Source: Octopus sinensis
Lineage: Eukaryota
Assembly: GCF_006345805.1 (NCBI RefSeq)
Contig: NC_043006.1
Coordinates: forward strand, 3,534,001 to 3,598,000
Length of the DNA: 64,000 nucleotides
Direction of reading: 5' to 3'
Position 1 is the first letter of the stretch; each line of letters opens with the position of its first letter. Under the pieces are notes generated by a model that had not been told where the DNA came from, did no database searches, and saw nothing but the letters and a program-made list of their open reading frames with translations. Position numbers and translations under genes: made by a program. Of the stretch, positions 53,234 through 64,000 are shown piece by piece.

Positions 53234-53286
<53 letters not shown>

Positions 53287-53586
53287 TTATAGTGGTTTTA
53301 TGAGCGAGTATTTGCAAGTGGAATATGTTTACGTAAATGTGTGTTTGTGGGTGTATATGTATACATATATTTTTGTTTGCTTGTGCATGAGTATGGTTCT
53401 ACATGTATGTAAAGATTAATATAAAGGTATACAGGTGTGTGTATGCTTGTTTACTTGTTTGTGCTTAGGTGTACACGTGTGTATTATGAATGATTTTCTT
53501 TGTGCGCATATCCGTCGGTGTATATTCGTGTATATAACTTATAACCAGTAAAACCTCTTTGCAAATGTACTTTCGTACATATTATA

Positions 53587-53936
53587 GACGTCTGTACTAT
53601 TGTAATATTTCCATCAATGAAGCTGATGAGCTGGTAAAATCGTTAGCACGCCGGGCAAAATTCTCGGTGGCATTTCGTCTATCAAATTCCATCAGGATCG
53701 ACTTGGCCTTTCGTCTTTTTTTGGGTCGTTAAAATAAGTACCAGTTAATCACTGTAATCGATTTACCCCTGCCCCGAAATTGCTGGCCTAGTACCAAAAC
53801 TTGAAAACAAAATTTCTGTCACTGTACTATCCATGTCTACTGCCGTACATATTAAGAACGTCTGTACTATTGTAATATTTCCATCAATCAAGGTGATGAG
53901 CTGGTAAAATCGTTAACACACCGGGCAAAATTCTTC
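53587..53936 (+). mobile_element. SINE family B with a 270-bp-period tandem duplication of flank plus head
   Basis: acgtctgtactattgtaatatttccatcaat..gatgagctggtaaaatcgtta occurs at ~53588 and ~53858. Confidence 0.8.
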
Positions 53937-54155
53937 TTATGACGATTTAATTCAGTAGTATGAATTGTAACAAATCCTAAGGCCTCCACTCCTCACGGCT
54001 TATCTTTCTCTGCATCATCATAATTCTTCGGAAGGCCTCGGACCTGAACAACCTATATTTACTATGAAAGAACACTTGTTAATGTAATCAATCTCATCTT
54101 TCTGAACTGATAATATTGCCCAAGCAAAAAGTGAAACCCGATAAAGTTCGGCACT

Positions 54156-54455
54156 TATTATTTATGCGCCCTTTTCAAGCCTAGTCAGGCTCATGGGCCC
54201 GGTTTCCCGGTTTCTATGGCGTATGTGTTCCCCCCAGCTGGACGGGACGCTAGTCCATCGCAGCGTTACTCAAGAAACAAGAAGAAAGAGTGAGAGAAAG
54301 TTGCGGCGAAAGAGTACAACAAGGGTCTCCACCAACCCCTGTCGGAGCCTCGTGGAGCTTTAGGTGTTTTCGCTCAATAAACACACACATCGCCCGGTCT
54401 GGGAATCGACACCACGATCCTCCGACCTCGAGTCCGCTGCCTTAACCACTGGGCC
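54156..54455 (-). mobile_element. SINE family C (tRNA-Arg-like head), complete, with 15-bp TSD
   Basis: TSD ataaagttcggcact at 54141-54155 and 54456-54470. Head ggcccagtggttaaggcagcggacTCGagg..gtcgattccc. Confidence 0.9.
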
Positions 54456-55224
54456 ATAAAGTTCGGCACTAGTGACGCCAAAATAGCCAAAATTCCGGAA
54501 CGAACACACCTAAGTATCTTACCCGACCTTCTAATATTTCTACAAATCTACTTGCATAGATGTGCGTATAATTTGTATTCATCCTGAGAGAGTAAGGGCA
54601 AGGAGTGTCTCGTTTGGATTTGAACAGAGAATATAAAGCACCGGAAAAGAAACCCCATGGCTTTGTAATGGGATATCTTTTATTATTCTCTTGTTAATTT
54701 ATAAGATAGTAAAAAATAAACGCTAAGTGTGCCTCAGCTGGAGTTAAACATTGAATGTAAAGAACCGGATGAAAAACTTTGCACTGCAAGCCTTGTTGTG
54801 CAAAGCATTGCAAATCCATGTCTTCGTGATTCCAATGTTAATTTATAAAATTGGTTTCATGTTTTTAGTAAGAATTCTTAACATTTGCCGGCGTTATTTC
54901 ATAATATTCGATATCTAGTTATATCTCTTTTCCTTTCATACATAATTTGGGGGAAATAGCCATTGGAACCATCTGCTGAGGCTGACATGATTAATGCCTA
55001 ACCTGGACATCTTCACGTCAATAGTTACAGCAAAAAAGTTAAAAGGATAGATTACTAGAATTTTGCTCGGTTTTGGCAGATTTTCCTAAAGGCAAAGACC
55101 AAGCAGCGTCGTTAAAACGAATGGTGTGTTAAGTCTATCATTTGACTATAAGACATGTTTGGTAGGTCACTGCCATTTTGGGATCACGGTGTTCTACATT
55201 ATGCAGTATTATGTCTTCCACTCA

Positions 55225-55435
55225 GGGGCGAGCTGGTAGAATCGTTAGCACGCCGGGCAAAATGCTTTACGGTATTTCGCCTCTTTACGTACTGAGTTCT
55301 AATTCCATCGAGGTCGACTTTGCCTTTCTTCCTTTCGAGGTCAATAAAATGAGTACCAGTTGAGTACTGGGGTCGATGTAATCGACTTACTTCCTTCCTC
55401 GAAATTGCTGGCCTATACCAAAATTTGAAGCTAAG
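55225..55435 (+). mobile_element. SINE family B
   Basis: ggcgagctggtagaatcgttagcacgccggg. Confidence 0.85.
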
Positions 55436-56159
55436 ATTATGTTTTCGACTTGAATGGTTTGTAATACGCTTAATTTCCATACAACGTTTAAAACTACGGA
55501 CTATTCTCTCTGATCAAGTAATAGCTTCATTAAACATTGAATTTAGTTTTTTGTACTAATTACATTTTATGATTTTTCTAATTTCTGCTATTGTTATTTT
55601 TTTAATCTTTTAGTGAGGTCAATGCCAATGGCACTATACATGACCTCTGAGACAAGTAAGGTGAAAGAGGGTAAAATATCTTTAGACCAGAAACCTGATC
55701 CTAATGCTTACAACAGCGGGGACTCAGTTAAAAAGATCCAAGCAATCCATTAATCTTGCTCCCCGAGTAAGCCATAGCGGCATTTTAAACTCAAAATGGA
55801 AACAGGAGAAAGCAGAATACGCAAGGTATCTGGTCCAGAGTCCCTATAGTTCTGCCAATGTTCTCTCTTGGATTGGTACTTTGTTATCGGGTCGTGAAAC
55901 GATGACAGGCGAAATTTGAACACAAATGCAAAGAGTCAGAATAAGGCGAGCATTCTGTTTGACACTCTAACGTCTCCGCAATTTGGCCACGATGGGCCAA
56001 AAGTCACGCACAATTTAAGTGGAACACGATGTAGTATTGCCAAGCATGCTTCAATTTTCTTCTGAAAATCAATAAAATAAATAAGATAATGATTAACACA
56101 CACGTACTTGTAAATGTTGAACAAAATGAATAATAACAATTTCAATTTTTTGGTATAAG

Positions 56160-56350
56160 GGCAGCAAGGGTAGGGGTTAAGTCGATTACATAGAACCCAG
56201 TAGTCATTGTTTTATCGATTCCAACAGGATGAAATACAATAACGGCCTTGGCGGAATTCGAACTAAGAACGTGAAGGCGGACGAGTTATTGCCAAGCATT
56301 TCCCCCGGCCTCTCGGCGTGCTAACGATTCTCCTAGCACACCGCCTTAAC
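56160..56350 (-). mobile_element. SINE family B
   Basis: Reverse complement of the head, gcgtgctaacgattc..ccgcctt. Confidence 0.7.
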
Positions 56351-56442
56351 AACAACAATAATAATAACAACGTAATATAAATAGAATAATATGTTGGTGC
56401 GCGATTTTGGCCCACCTTGTACAATCATATTCACTGACCTTG

Positions 56443-56503
<61 letters not shown>

Positions 56504-57359
56504 TGTGTGTGTGTGTTTGTGTGCACGTTTGTATTCTTTAGTATCTGTATATATTTATGCACACTCGTATGACTGAATTACTGAGTATATACGCTGTACA
56601 GATGTATACACCTTTTTGTATCGCTGCATGATTGTATGTCTTCTTTTTATTTTCGCCAATCGGTTTCTAAATATTTATATATCTAAACTTTGCTTGCCCT
56701 TTTTTTATATTTTCCTAATTTTCATTTTTTTTTTTAGTTTTTGTTTATTTTTATTTTCAGAGTACCATCAATACAAGATCCCTGTTCTTTAGTAATTGTT
56801 TTCTCTCTCAAATCGATATTCACATTGATTTCTCTGCAGTCACTTTCAATACATATATGAACATTAACGGTTTCAATAGAGACACATCAACAGTAACAGC
56901 CTCAATAGAAGCATCAAAACAGTTTCAATTGACATATCAACAGTAAAGGCGATAGCGATTCACATTGACCAATTTACTACATCGTCTGTACATGCTTTCA
57001 TCTTTTACTGAGCGAAACAGTTGGTTTCCAGTTTTTCAAGGTGCGCTTATCATAAATCCCCGAAACAACAAATCTAGCTTTGTTGATGGTATATCGCATG
57101 ATATTCAGTTGTATGAGATACCAAAATAGTGGCATGTTTATAGACTGGTCACACTGAGTTTATGACTACAATTGGTTACTTAACATTCTATCATCACTTT
57201 TGATTTTCTAATAAGTGTGACTGCTGCTTTTTTTTTTTTTTTTAGTTGCCTGCATCAGTGGCCAGATACCACAGACAACCGTGCTATTTCTTTTTATTAT
57301 TATATATTGTCTGCAAAACAGTAATTGAATTATAGTCCTTGTTGTTTTTATCATTATTA

Positions 57360-59520
57360 AGGCGGCGAAAGGCGATGAGCTGGCACACTTGTTAGCACGA
57401 TGGACGAAATGTTTAGCAGTATTTCGCTCGCGCTACGTTTTGAGTTCAAAAATCCGCCGCCGAGGTCGACTTTACCTTTCATCCTTTCGGGGTCGATAAA
57501 ATAAGTACCAGTTGAACACTGGGGTCGATGTAATCAGCTCATCCCCACCTCCCCCGAGCTGCCCTTGTGGAACAATTTGCAATAATTATTAAAGCGGCGA
57601 GCTGGCAGAATCGTTAGCACGCCGGGTAAGATGTCTATCGGCATTTTGTCCATCGTTCTGAGTTCAAATGCCGCTGAGGTCGACTCTGCCTTTCACCCTT
57701 TCGGGGGTCGATAAATTAAGTACCAGTGAAACACTGGGATCGATATAGTGGATTATCCCCTCCCCAAACATTCAGGCTTTGTGCCTACAGTAGAAAGAAT
57801 TATTATTATCATTACTGTAAGGCTACAAGTCGGCAAGCTGGCAGAATCGTTAGCACGCCGGACAAAATGCTTAGTGCCATTTCGTCCGTCTTTACGTTCT
57901 GAGTTCAAACTCAGCCGAGGTCGACTTTGCCTTTCATTCTTTCGGGGTCGATAAATTAAGTACCAGTTGCGTACTGGGGCCTATGTAATTGACTGGGCCC
58001 TGCCACCCCACCAAAAAAATTCCAGGCCTTGTGCGTTTTGTAGAAAAGATTATTTTAAGGTGGCGAGCTGGCAGAAACGTTAGCACGCCGGGCGAAATAC
58101 GTAGCCGTATTTCGTCTGCCGTTACGTTCTGAGTTCAAATTCCGCCGAGGTCGACTTTGCCTTTCATCCTTTCGGGGTCGATAAAATATGTACCAGTTAA
58201 GTACTGGGGTCGAAGTAATCGATTTAACTCTCCCCCGAAATTGCTGGCCTAGTACCAAAACTTGAAAACAATATTTCTGTCACTGTGCTATCCATATCTA
58301 CTTCCGTAATATTATGGACGTCTGTACTATTATAAATTAAGTACCAGTGAAATTCAGTAGTCGATGTAATCGACAGGTCCCCTCCCCCAAAACTTCAGGC
58401 GTTGTGCCTATAATGTCGTTTGTTCCTTCTCGAGCCGCGCCTGTTTCCTTAGAGTATAGATTCCCCACCTGGACGGGACGCCGGTCCGTCACAGGTGAGA
58501 TGCTAGTTGCAGGAGGAAAGAGTGAGAGAAAGTTGTGGCGGAGGAGTCAGCAGATGTTCACCATTACCTTCTGCCGGAGCCACGTGGAGCTTAGGTGTTT
58601 CGCTCATAAACACACACATCACCCGGTCTAAGATTCGAACCCGCGATCCCTCGACCGCTGCTCTGACCACTAGGCCATGTGCCTCCACTGTGCCTATAAT
58701 AGAAAGGAATATTTTAAGGCGGCGACTGGCAGAATCGTTAACACGCTGGAAAAAATCCTCAACGGCATTTCGTCCGTTTTTCCATTCTGAGTTCAAATTT
58801 CGCCAGGCCGACCGTGACTCTCATCCTTTCGGTGTCGATAAATTAAGTGCCAGTTGAATACTGGGGTCAATATAATCGACTAACCCCATCCCTCTAAATT
58901 TCTGGTCTTGTGCCTATAGTGGAAAATATTATTATTATCATTATTTTAAGTAGAATCGTTAGCACGACGGGCAAAATGCTTCTCAGCATTTCTTTCATAT
59001 TCACGTTCTGAGTCCAAATTCCGCCGAGGTCAACTTTGCCTTTCATTCTTTCAGGGTCGATGAAATGAGTACCAGTTACCAAAATTAAGGCCTTGTGCCT
59101 TTAGCAGAAAGGATTATTCTAAGGCATGCCGGGCAAAACACTTCGCGGCATTTCGTCCCCATTTACGTTCTGATTTCAAATTTCGCCAGGTAGACTTTGC
59201 GTTTAATTTTTTCGAGGTCGACATAACCAACTAGACTCCTTACCCCAAAATTTCAGGTCTTTTAACTACAGTAGAAATGATTATTTCTATCAAAGGCAGT
59301 GAGCTGAGAGAATGGTTAGCACGCCGGGAAAATTTATTTTTAGCGGTATATTGCTTATCTTCATATTCTGAGTTCAAATTCTGCCGGGGTCGACTTTTCC
59401 TCTCACCCTTTCAGGATCGATGAATTAAGTACCAGTTGAGTACTAGTGTCAATGTAATCGACTCACCCTTCCCCCAAAATTGCTGGCCTTGTGCCAAAAT
59501 TTGAAATCATTATTATTAAC
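57360..59520 (+). mobile_element. Head-to-tail array of about eight SINE B copies
   Basis: Heads at ~57360, 57591, 57830, 58057, 58716, 58950, 59120 and 59293, plus a headless piece at 58333. Confidence 0.9.
58415..58688 (-). mobile_element. SINE family C nested in the array, with 12-bp TSD
   Basis: TSD tgtgcctataat at 58403-58414 and 58689-58700. Homologous to 54156-54455. Confidence 0.85.
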
Positions 59521-59707
59521 CTCTTGACATATTTTCCCGTATATTTTCGTTCAGTGGTGTCTGGTAAATATGTATTTGAACGAAAATGTACGTTCACTGC
59601 ACTCTGAGGTATATGTCACTTATTTCTAACCCGAAATACTTCGTTCATGATGCTATTCCCGTTTTCTATCTTTTAACTATCAGTAACTACCATTTCTAAC
59701 CGTAATT

Positions 59708-60165
59708 TCATAATAAATCATAACTGATCCAAACACGGAAAGCAAAGGTACCAGGGGACAGGTATTTTGCCACTGCATTGTGCGAAGCATCCAAGTTGTG
59801 GCCACTTGAAGGCTTAGATTTCTCTCTTACTCTATTACTGCCTTCAGTCCTTCGGCCTTGGACATTCTCATGCTTCTCCATTATTTTCAAAAGACTTCTT
59901 TTTATTTCTTGCAAACTGTTATTCAAAGAAATAATTCGTTTTCAACCAGTTTTATTTATTACTTTGCTAAATATTTCTATATGGCACTCTTCCTATATTT
60001 CTAATGTTCTTATAATATTCCTTAAATATTTTAACGCTTTTTTATTCAATGTTACTCTCCTCGGAATATATTAGTTAATCTTAAGAAATTCCTCCCTTTT
60101 GTACTTCTGATAATTTAAGCAAATTTTGTGTATTATTTTAGTTGATCTTGGATGAAGCTCTTCCT
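59708..60165 (-). pseudogene. Decayed ORF of unknown origin
   Basis: About 150 codons in one frame with only three internal stops, in very AT-rich DNA (TLEEELHPRSTKIIHKICLNYQKYKREEFLKIN...LQEIKRSLLKIMEKHE...). Confidence 0.35.
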
Positions 60166-60469
60166 CGAGGGTGTGTCACTTATTTTGCAGATGACAATTA
60201 TATCTGGTTAATTAATTAGTTACAGTTTCGATAATACCGTTGTTTTCTCTAGATATCTTCTACTGATGTAGTAGAATACAACTAAAAAAGATTTATTGAC
60301 AGTAGAGTGCCGGACGAAAAGCCCCGCAGTAGTTAATTACGTATTTTCATGTTTTGAATTTAAATCTTGCCAATCGATAAAATAAAGTACGGCCAAGAAG
60401 TGGGATCAGTTTAATTGACTATACAGCTCTCTTAGAAAAAAGTGACCTTGACTAAAGTTTAAAATAATA

Positions 60470-60957
60470 TTAATGATAACAGTAATAATAACTATTATTA
60501 TTACTGAGTGAGCGAGCAGTGCATGCCATCAAGGTGACACTGGTTTACAAATATATGAAGCCCATTATACCCATGATGACTATCCGTCTGATAAGGGTAC
60601 GCCAGGCACATGTATCACGACCATATGCACGAGACATAGTGACCTTGTATCAAGATGAACTGCGCATGACCTTGCAGGTGGGTCCAGTTAGAATTTTCTT
60701 CTGGTCGAGTAGCCCATCCCGCTCAAAAGGTCCATGAATAAGGATTGTTTAAGGATATTGAACGAAACACCCATGTTTCCAGAGGTGAATTATCCAAACC
60801 CCAAATAATTCCTCTCAGCACATAAACATGATGCTCTCCCACTACTTCTGCTCGTGATCAGAGATGCACGTATCGTCAGCCACTAAGGGACATACTCAAC
60901 TGGTCAAACAACCGACAAGCAAATCTGTAGTACTGAGCAGAATATTTGCTGTAGTCC
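60470..60957 (-). mobile_element. Unclassified non-coding retroposon-like element with (TAA)n tail
   Basis: GC-richer ~470-bp block with no ORF, bounded by a (GAT/AAT)n tract at its 5' end and taataataat at its 3' end. Confidence 0.45.
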
Positions 60958-60994
60958 ATATTTTATACCATTATTATTATCATCATCATCATCA

Positions 60995-62920
60995 TCCACC
61001 CTTATTACAGCCCCTATTTGTTCCATGTACATCTCAAGATTTTTACTCACTGTTCCCTGGGCTCCCACAATTATTGGTACTACTACTACCTTTTTCAGCG
61101 ACCACAACTAATTTGTTGTATTCGGAATTCACTTAGATATTCCTTTGCTTGTTTTGTTACTGAGTATGATGCCTTCTTGTTTTCATGTTTTGAGACAAGT
61201 TTTAACATCCAGTCCTCAGACTTTTTCAGGTAGGTGTCTAGGCCAATTGTAGCAATCTTCATTGTTATTGCCAGTTGTAAAAGACCACGGCCTCCCTCTT
61301 TTCTTGGCAGATAAAGTCGTTCTGTATCTGCCTTAGGGTGGTGCATTCTATGCATTGTCAACAGTTTTCTTATTTTTCTGTCGAGTTGACATATTTCAGT
61401 AATTGACCAGTTAACGATATTGAAACTGTAAGTCACGACTGGTATGGCTAATGCATTGATCGCTTCGATCCTGTTTCTTGCATTCAGCTCTGTCTTGAGT
61501 ATTGCTCTTACTCTGCGATAACATTCTCTCCTGATCCTTTCCTTCATCACTGAATGCCTTATTCTATCCCCTTTCAATTACCCCTGGGTACTTGTAGCTC
61601 TCCGCTGGATCTAGTTCTTTTATGACATTCTGCTGGTCAAGGTTAACGTTAAATGTTTCTGTCATTTTTCCTTTGATAAAGGTAGCTTTTGCACATTTAT
61701 CGAGAACGAATTGCATTCTGATGTCATCGCTGAATTGTTTAACAATCGTTAGTAAGACCTTGAGTTGTTGGTCATTTTTTGCAAAGAGCTTTAAATCATC
61801 CATGTAAATGAGATGATTTATATTTTTATCAAACAATTTATACCCGTACTGTGCGTCATTGAGCAGCTTTGAGAGAGGTATTAAGGATAAACAAAAGAGG
61901 AGTGGTGACAGTGAGTCCCCCTGGAAAATGCCACATGAAATTTTTACATCACCAGCATTTAGGGATTCATTGTCACTGTTCTAAGTTAGTGTGGTTCTCC
62001 ATGATCTCATGCTTACGGACAAAAGGTTTGGCAGGGTAGGCGCTATTTTGCACATTTCCAGGCATTTCTTTATCCAACTATGTGGTAGGCTATCAAAAGC
62101 CTTTTTATAGTCTATCCAGGCTATTGACAAGTTTTTGTGTCGTTTGTGACAATCTTCTAAGATCATCTTATTGATGAGTAGCTGATATTTACATCCATAG
62201 GATCCACGTTTACATCCTTTCTGTTCATTAGGGAATATGCAGTTGTCTATTGAAAAACTATAGGTATATCCCGTCAGGACAGATGTTAGCGTTTTATACA
62301 TAGTTGTTAAGCAGGTTGTGGGTCTATAGCTTTTTGGTTCATTTGTTTCTTCACTTTTGGGGAGCAAGAATGTTAAACTATTAACAAGCCAAGCAGGCAT
62401 CCTACTAGGTTGTTGCAAAACATCATTGTACAGTTCTGTTAGCAGTTCATGCCTCTCTGGGAAGGCATTCAGCCAGAAGTTAGGAATTTTATCCTTTCCT
62501 GGAGACTTCCATTTGCTTGACCTCATGAGAGCTGATCTTACATCTTCTACCTTGGCACCCTCCCACTTTTGCTCCTCTAAGGAGTACAAGTTCGTAGCTA
62601 TTCTGTCAATCCAAGGGGCCTTTTCGTTGTGTTTTTTCTTCTGCCCAAATTTTATTCCAAACACCGTGAACGTCGTCTTTTGATGGTACAGACTTTACAG
62701 TAACTGGTGTTTTCCCTATCTTCCTGTAAAAATTTTTGGGGTTAATTTTGAACATGTTGTTGTCCTTGACGAATCTAACACGCTTTTCGTACCTCGCTAT
62801 GCGGGCAGCTTTAGCAGATACTTTTTGCTTGATGGTTTCTATGGTGGCATCAATATCAAGTATAGTTTTCATATATTTTTTCTTTACTTTTGGGTTTTTT
62901 GTAGGTTTGGTAGTCTTGTT
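60995..62920 (-). mobile_element. R4/Dong-clade non-LTR retrotransposon, RT region with internal deletions
   Basis: WKSPGKDKIPNFWL, QKGCKRGSYGCKYQLLINK, AWIDYKKAFDSLPHSWI, GIFQGDSLSPLLF, HLIYMDDLKL and LYLPRKEGGRGL. It is joined at ~61085 to an REL C-terminal piece (VVPIIVGA.G). Confidence 0.9.
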
Positions 62921-62924
62921 GTTA

Positions 62925-64000
62925 TTATTATCATTATTATGTTTTTTCTTTCTTTCTTCAAATTTTCTTCCGTTTCTCGCCGAGTGTTTTCCATACACCT
63001 AGGGCAGAGAAGGGCATTGTATGCATTTCCAGATTATACGCGCAAATTCACAGATAAAATATGTATTTAAAAATTAATAAATAAATAAATTCATGGATGG
63101 ATATTGTTTTCACAGCGATAATGCTCTTCTCAGTACATGAGCCGTTCCAGTTAATACGATTTTTTTTGCACTTCCTGTAGGGATGGTAAGCCTGAGATCA
63201 TTTTCAAATAGGTTTCAGTACCTTTTTTTATCATTCCTAGAGATCCTACAATCACTGGTACTGTAGTCGCCTTGAGATGCCACATTTTTTCAATTTCTAT
63301 TAGCAGGTCTTTATATTTACTCATCTTGTCAAATTCTTTCGCCGCTATATTGTGATCGCAAGGGATACTCATGTCAATTAATAAACTACATCTTTTTTGT
63401 CTGATCTTTTATAATAATATCCGGTTAATTAGCTTTTATAGTCTTGTAGGTCTGTACGGGAAGTCCCATAGAATCGACACATCTTCTCCCTCAGTCACAG
63501 CTTCAGGATGGTGTTTATACCATTTGTCAGCGGTTTTGATTTTATAATACCGACATATTGTCCAGTGTAAATACTGGCCGACTCTGTCATGTCTTGCTTT
63601 ACATTCTGCAGGTGCTAAGACTCTACACCCTGAGATTAGGTGGTCTATTGTTTCAATCTCATCGTTACAGAATCGGCATTTTGGGTCAGCTCCATTTTTC
63701 ATCACATTGGCTTGGTAGTTCCAGGTTAATAAGCTTTGGTCTTGAGCAGCTAATATGAAACCTTCACTCTCTGCTTTTAGCCCTGAGCTTCGTAACCATT
63801 GGTGCGTGTGTTTCTGGTCGACATCAGGTTGTTTGCTACAGGCCACATACTTGCCATGGAGAGGTTTCTGTTCCCATCTGCTAGCTAAATTTTCATGTGC
63901 TTTTGTCTTTGCAATTAATTTTATTTTCTTTGCAGCTGCAGTTGGCGCATTTCCTTCAGCCTGATCAATCTGGTGGGTATCTAAGAGATCAGCAGCGAAT
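62925..64000 (-). mobile_element. R4/Dong-clade element, 3' end (CCHC finger, REL endonuclease, 3' UTR, TAA tail)
   Basis: EGFILAAQDQ, CRFCNDEIETIDHLISGC, RHDRV, ILWDF, RPDII, LLIDMSIP and KYKDL. Tail aataatgataataat at ~62930-62945. Confidence 0.9.

Noticed and set aside
54400-54455. tRNA-like sequence with TCG anticodon
   Set aside because: It is a SINE head attached to a SINE body with a TSD, and it lacks a full cloverleaf.
54020-54520. 58-codon frame restored after removing the SINE C insertion
   Set aside because: Its upstream part is a degenerate SINE B head, and the peptide is not recognisable.
55617-55658. Plus-strand exon candidate (similar ones at 18866-18961, 25170-25238 and 56761-56791)
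   Set aside because: Splice-like motifs are common in T-rich DNA; the peptides are unrecognisable and do not chain consistently.
57360-59520. Regularly spaced repeats suggesting a CRISPR-like array
   Set aside because: The units are ~220-bp SINE copies, with no short repeat/unique spacer structure and no cas genes.

Overview
This window is AT-rich, microsatellite-saturated eukaryotic DNA, either intronic or intergenic. The SINE families and repeat landscape point to a coleoid cephalopod, most likely Octopus (inference). I found no intact, recognisable host gene, tRNA/rRNA gene or CRISPR array, and most ORFs in the supplied track are microsatellite or antisense artefacts. The supportable content is almost entirely transposon-derived: three tRNA-derived SINE families, CR1/L2, RTE, R4/Dong and Penelope retroelement fragments, Tc1/mariner and pogo/Tigger transposase relics, several MITEs and foldbacks, and non-autonomous Helitrons. 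The most notable structure is a ~3.6-kb minus-strand unit (11601-15208). It starts with a Helitron 5' end and carries two tandem, mutually homologous gag/ORF1-like pseudogenes (RRM-like region plus CCHC knuckle) with no reverse transcriptase. An independent deletion derivative of the same unit lies at 37790-38630, which argues that the composite itself moved. Other highlights are a shared SINE/LINE 3' tail, an array of about eight SINEs in 2.2 kb, several long inverted repeats, and a few candidate exons of an unidentified host gene.
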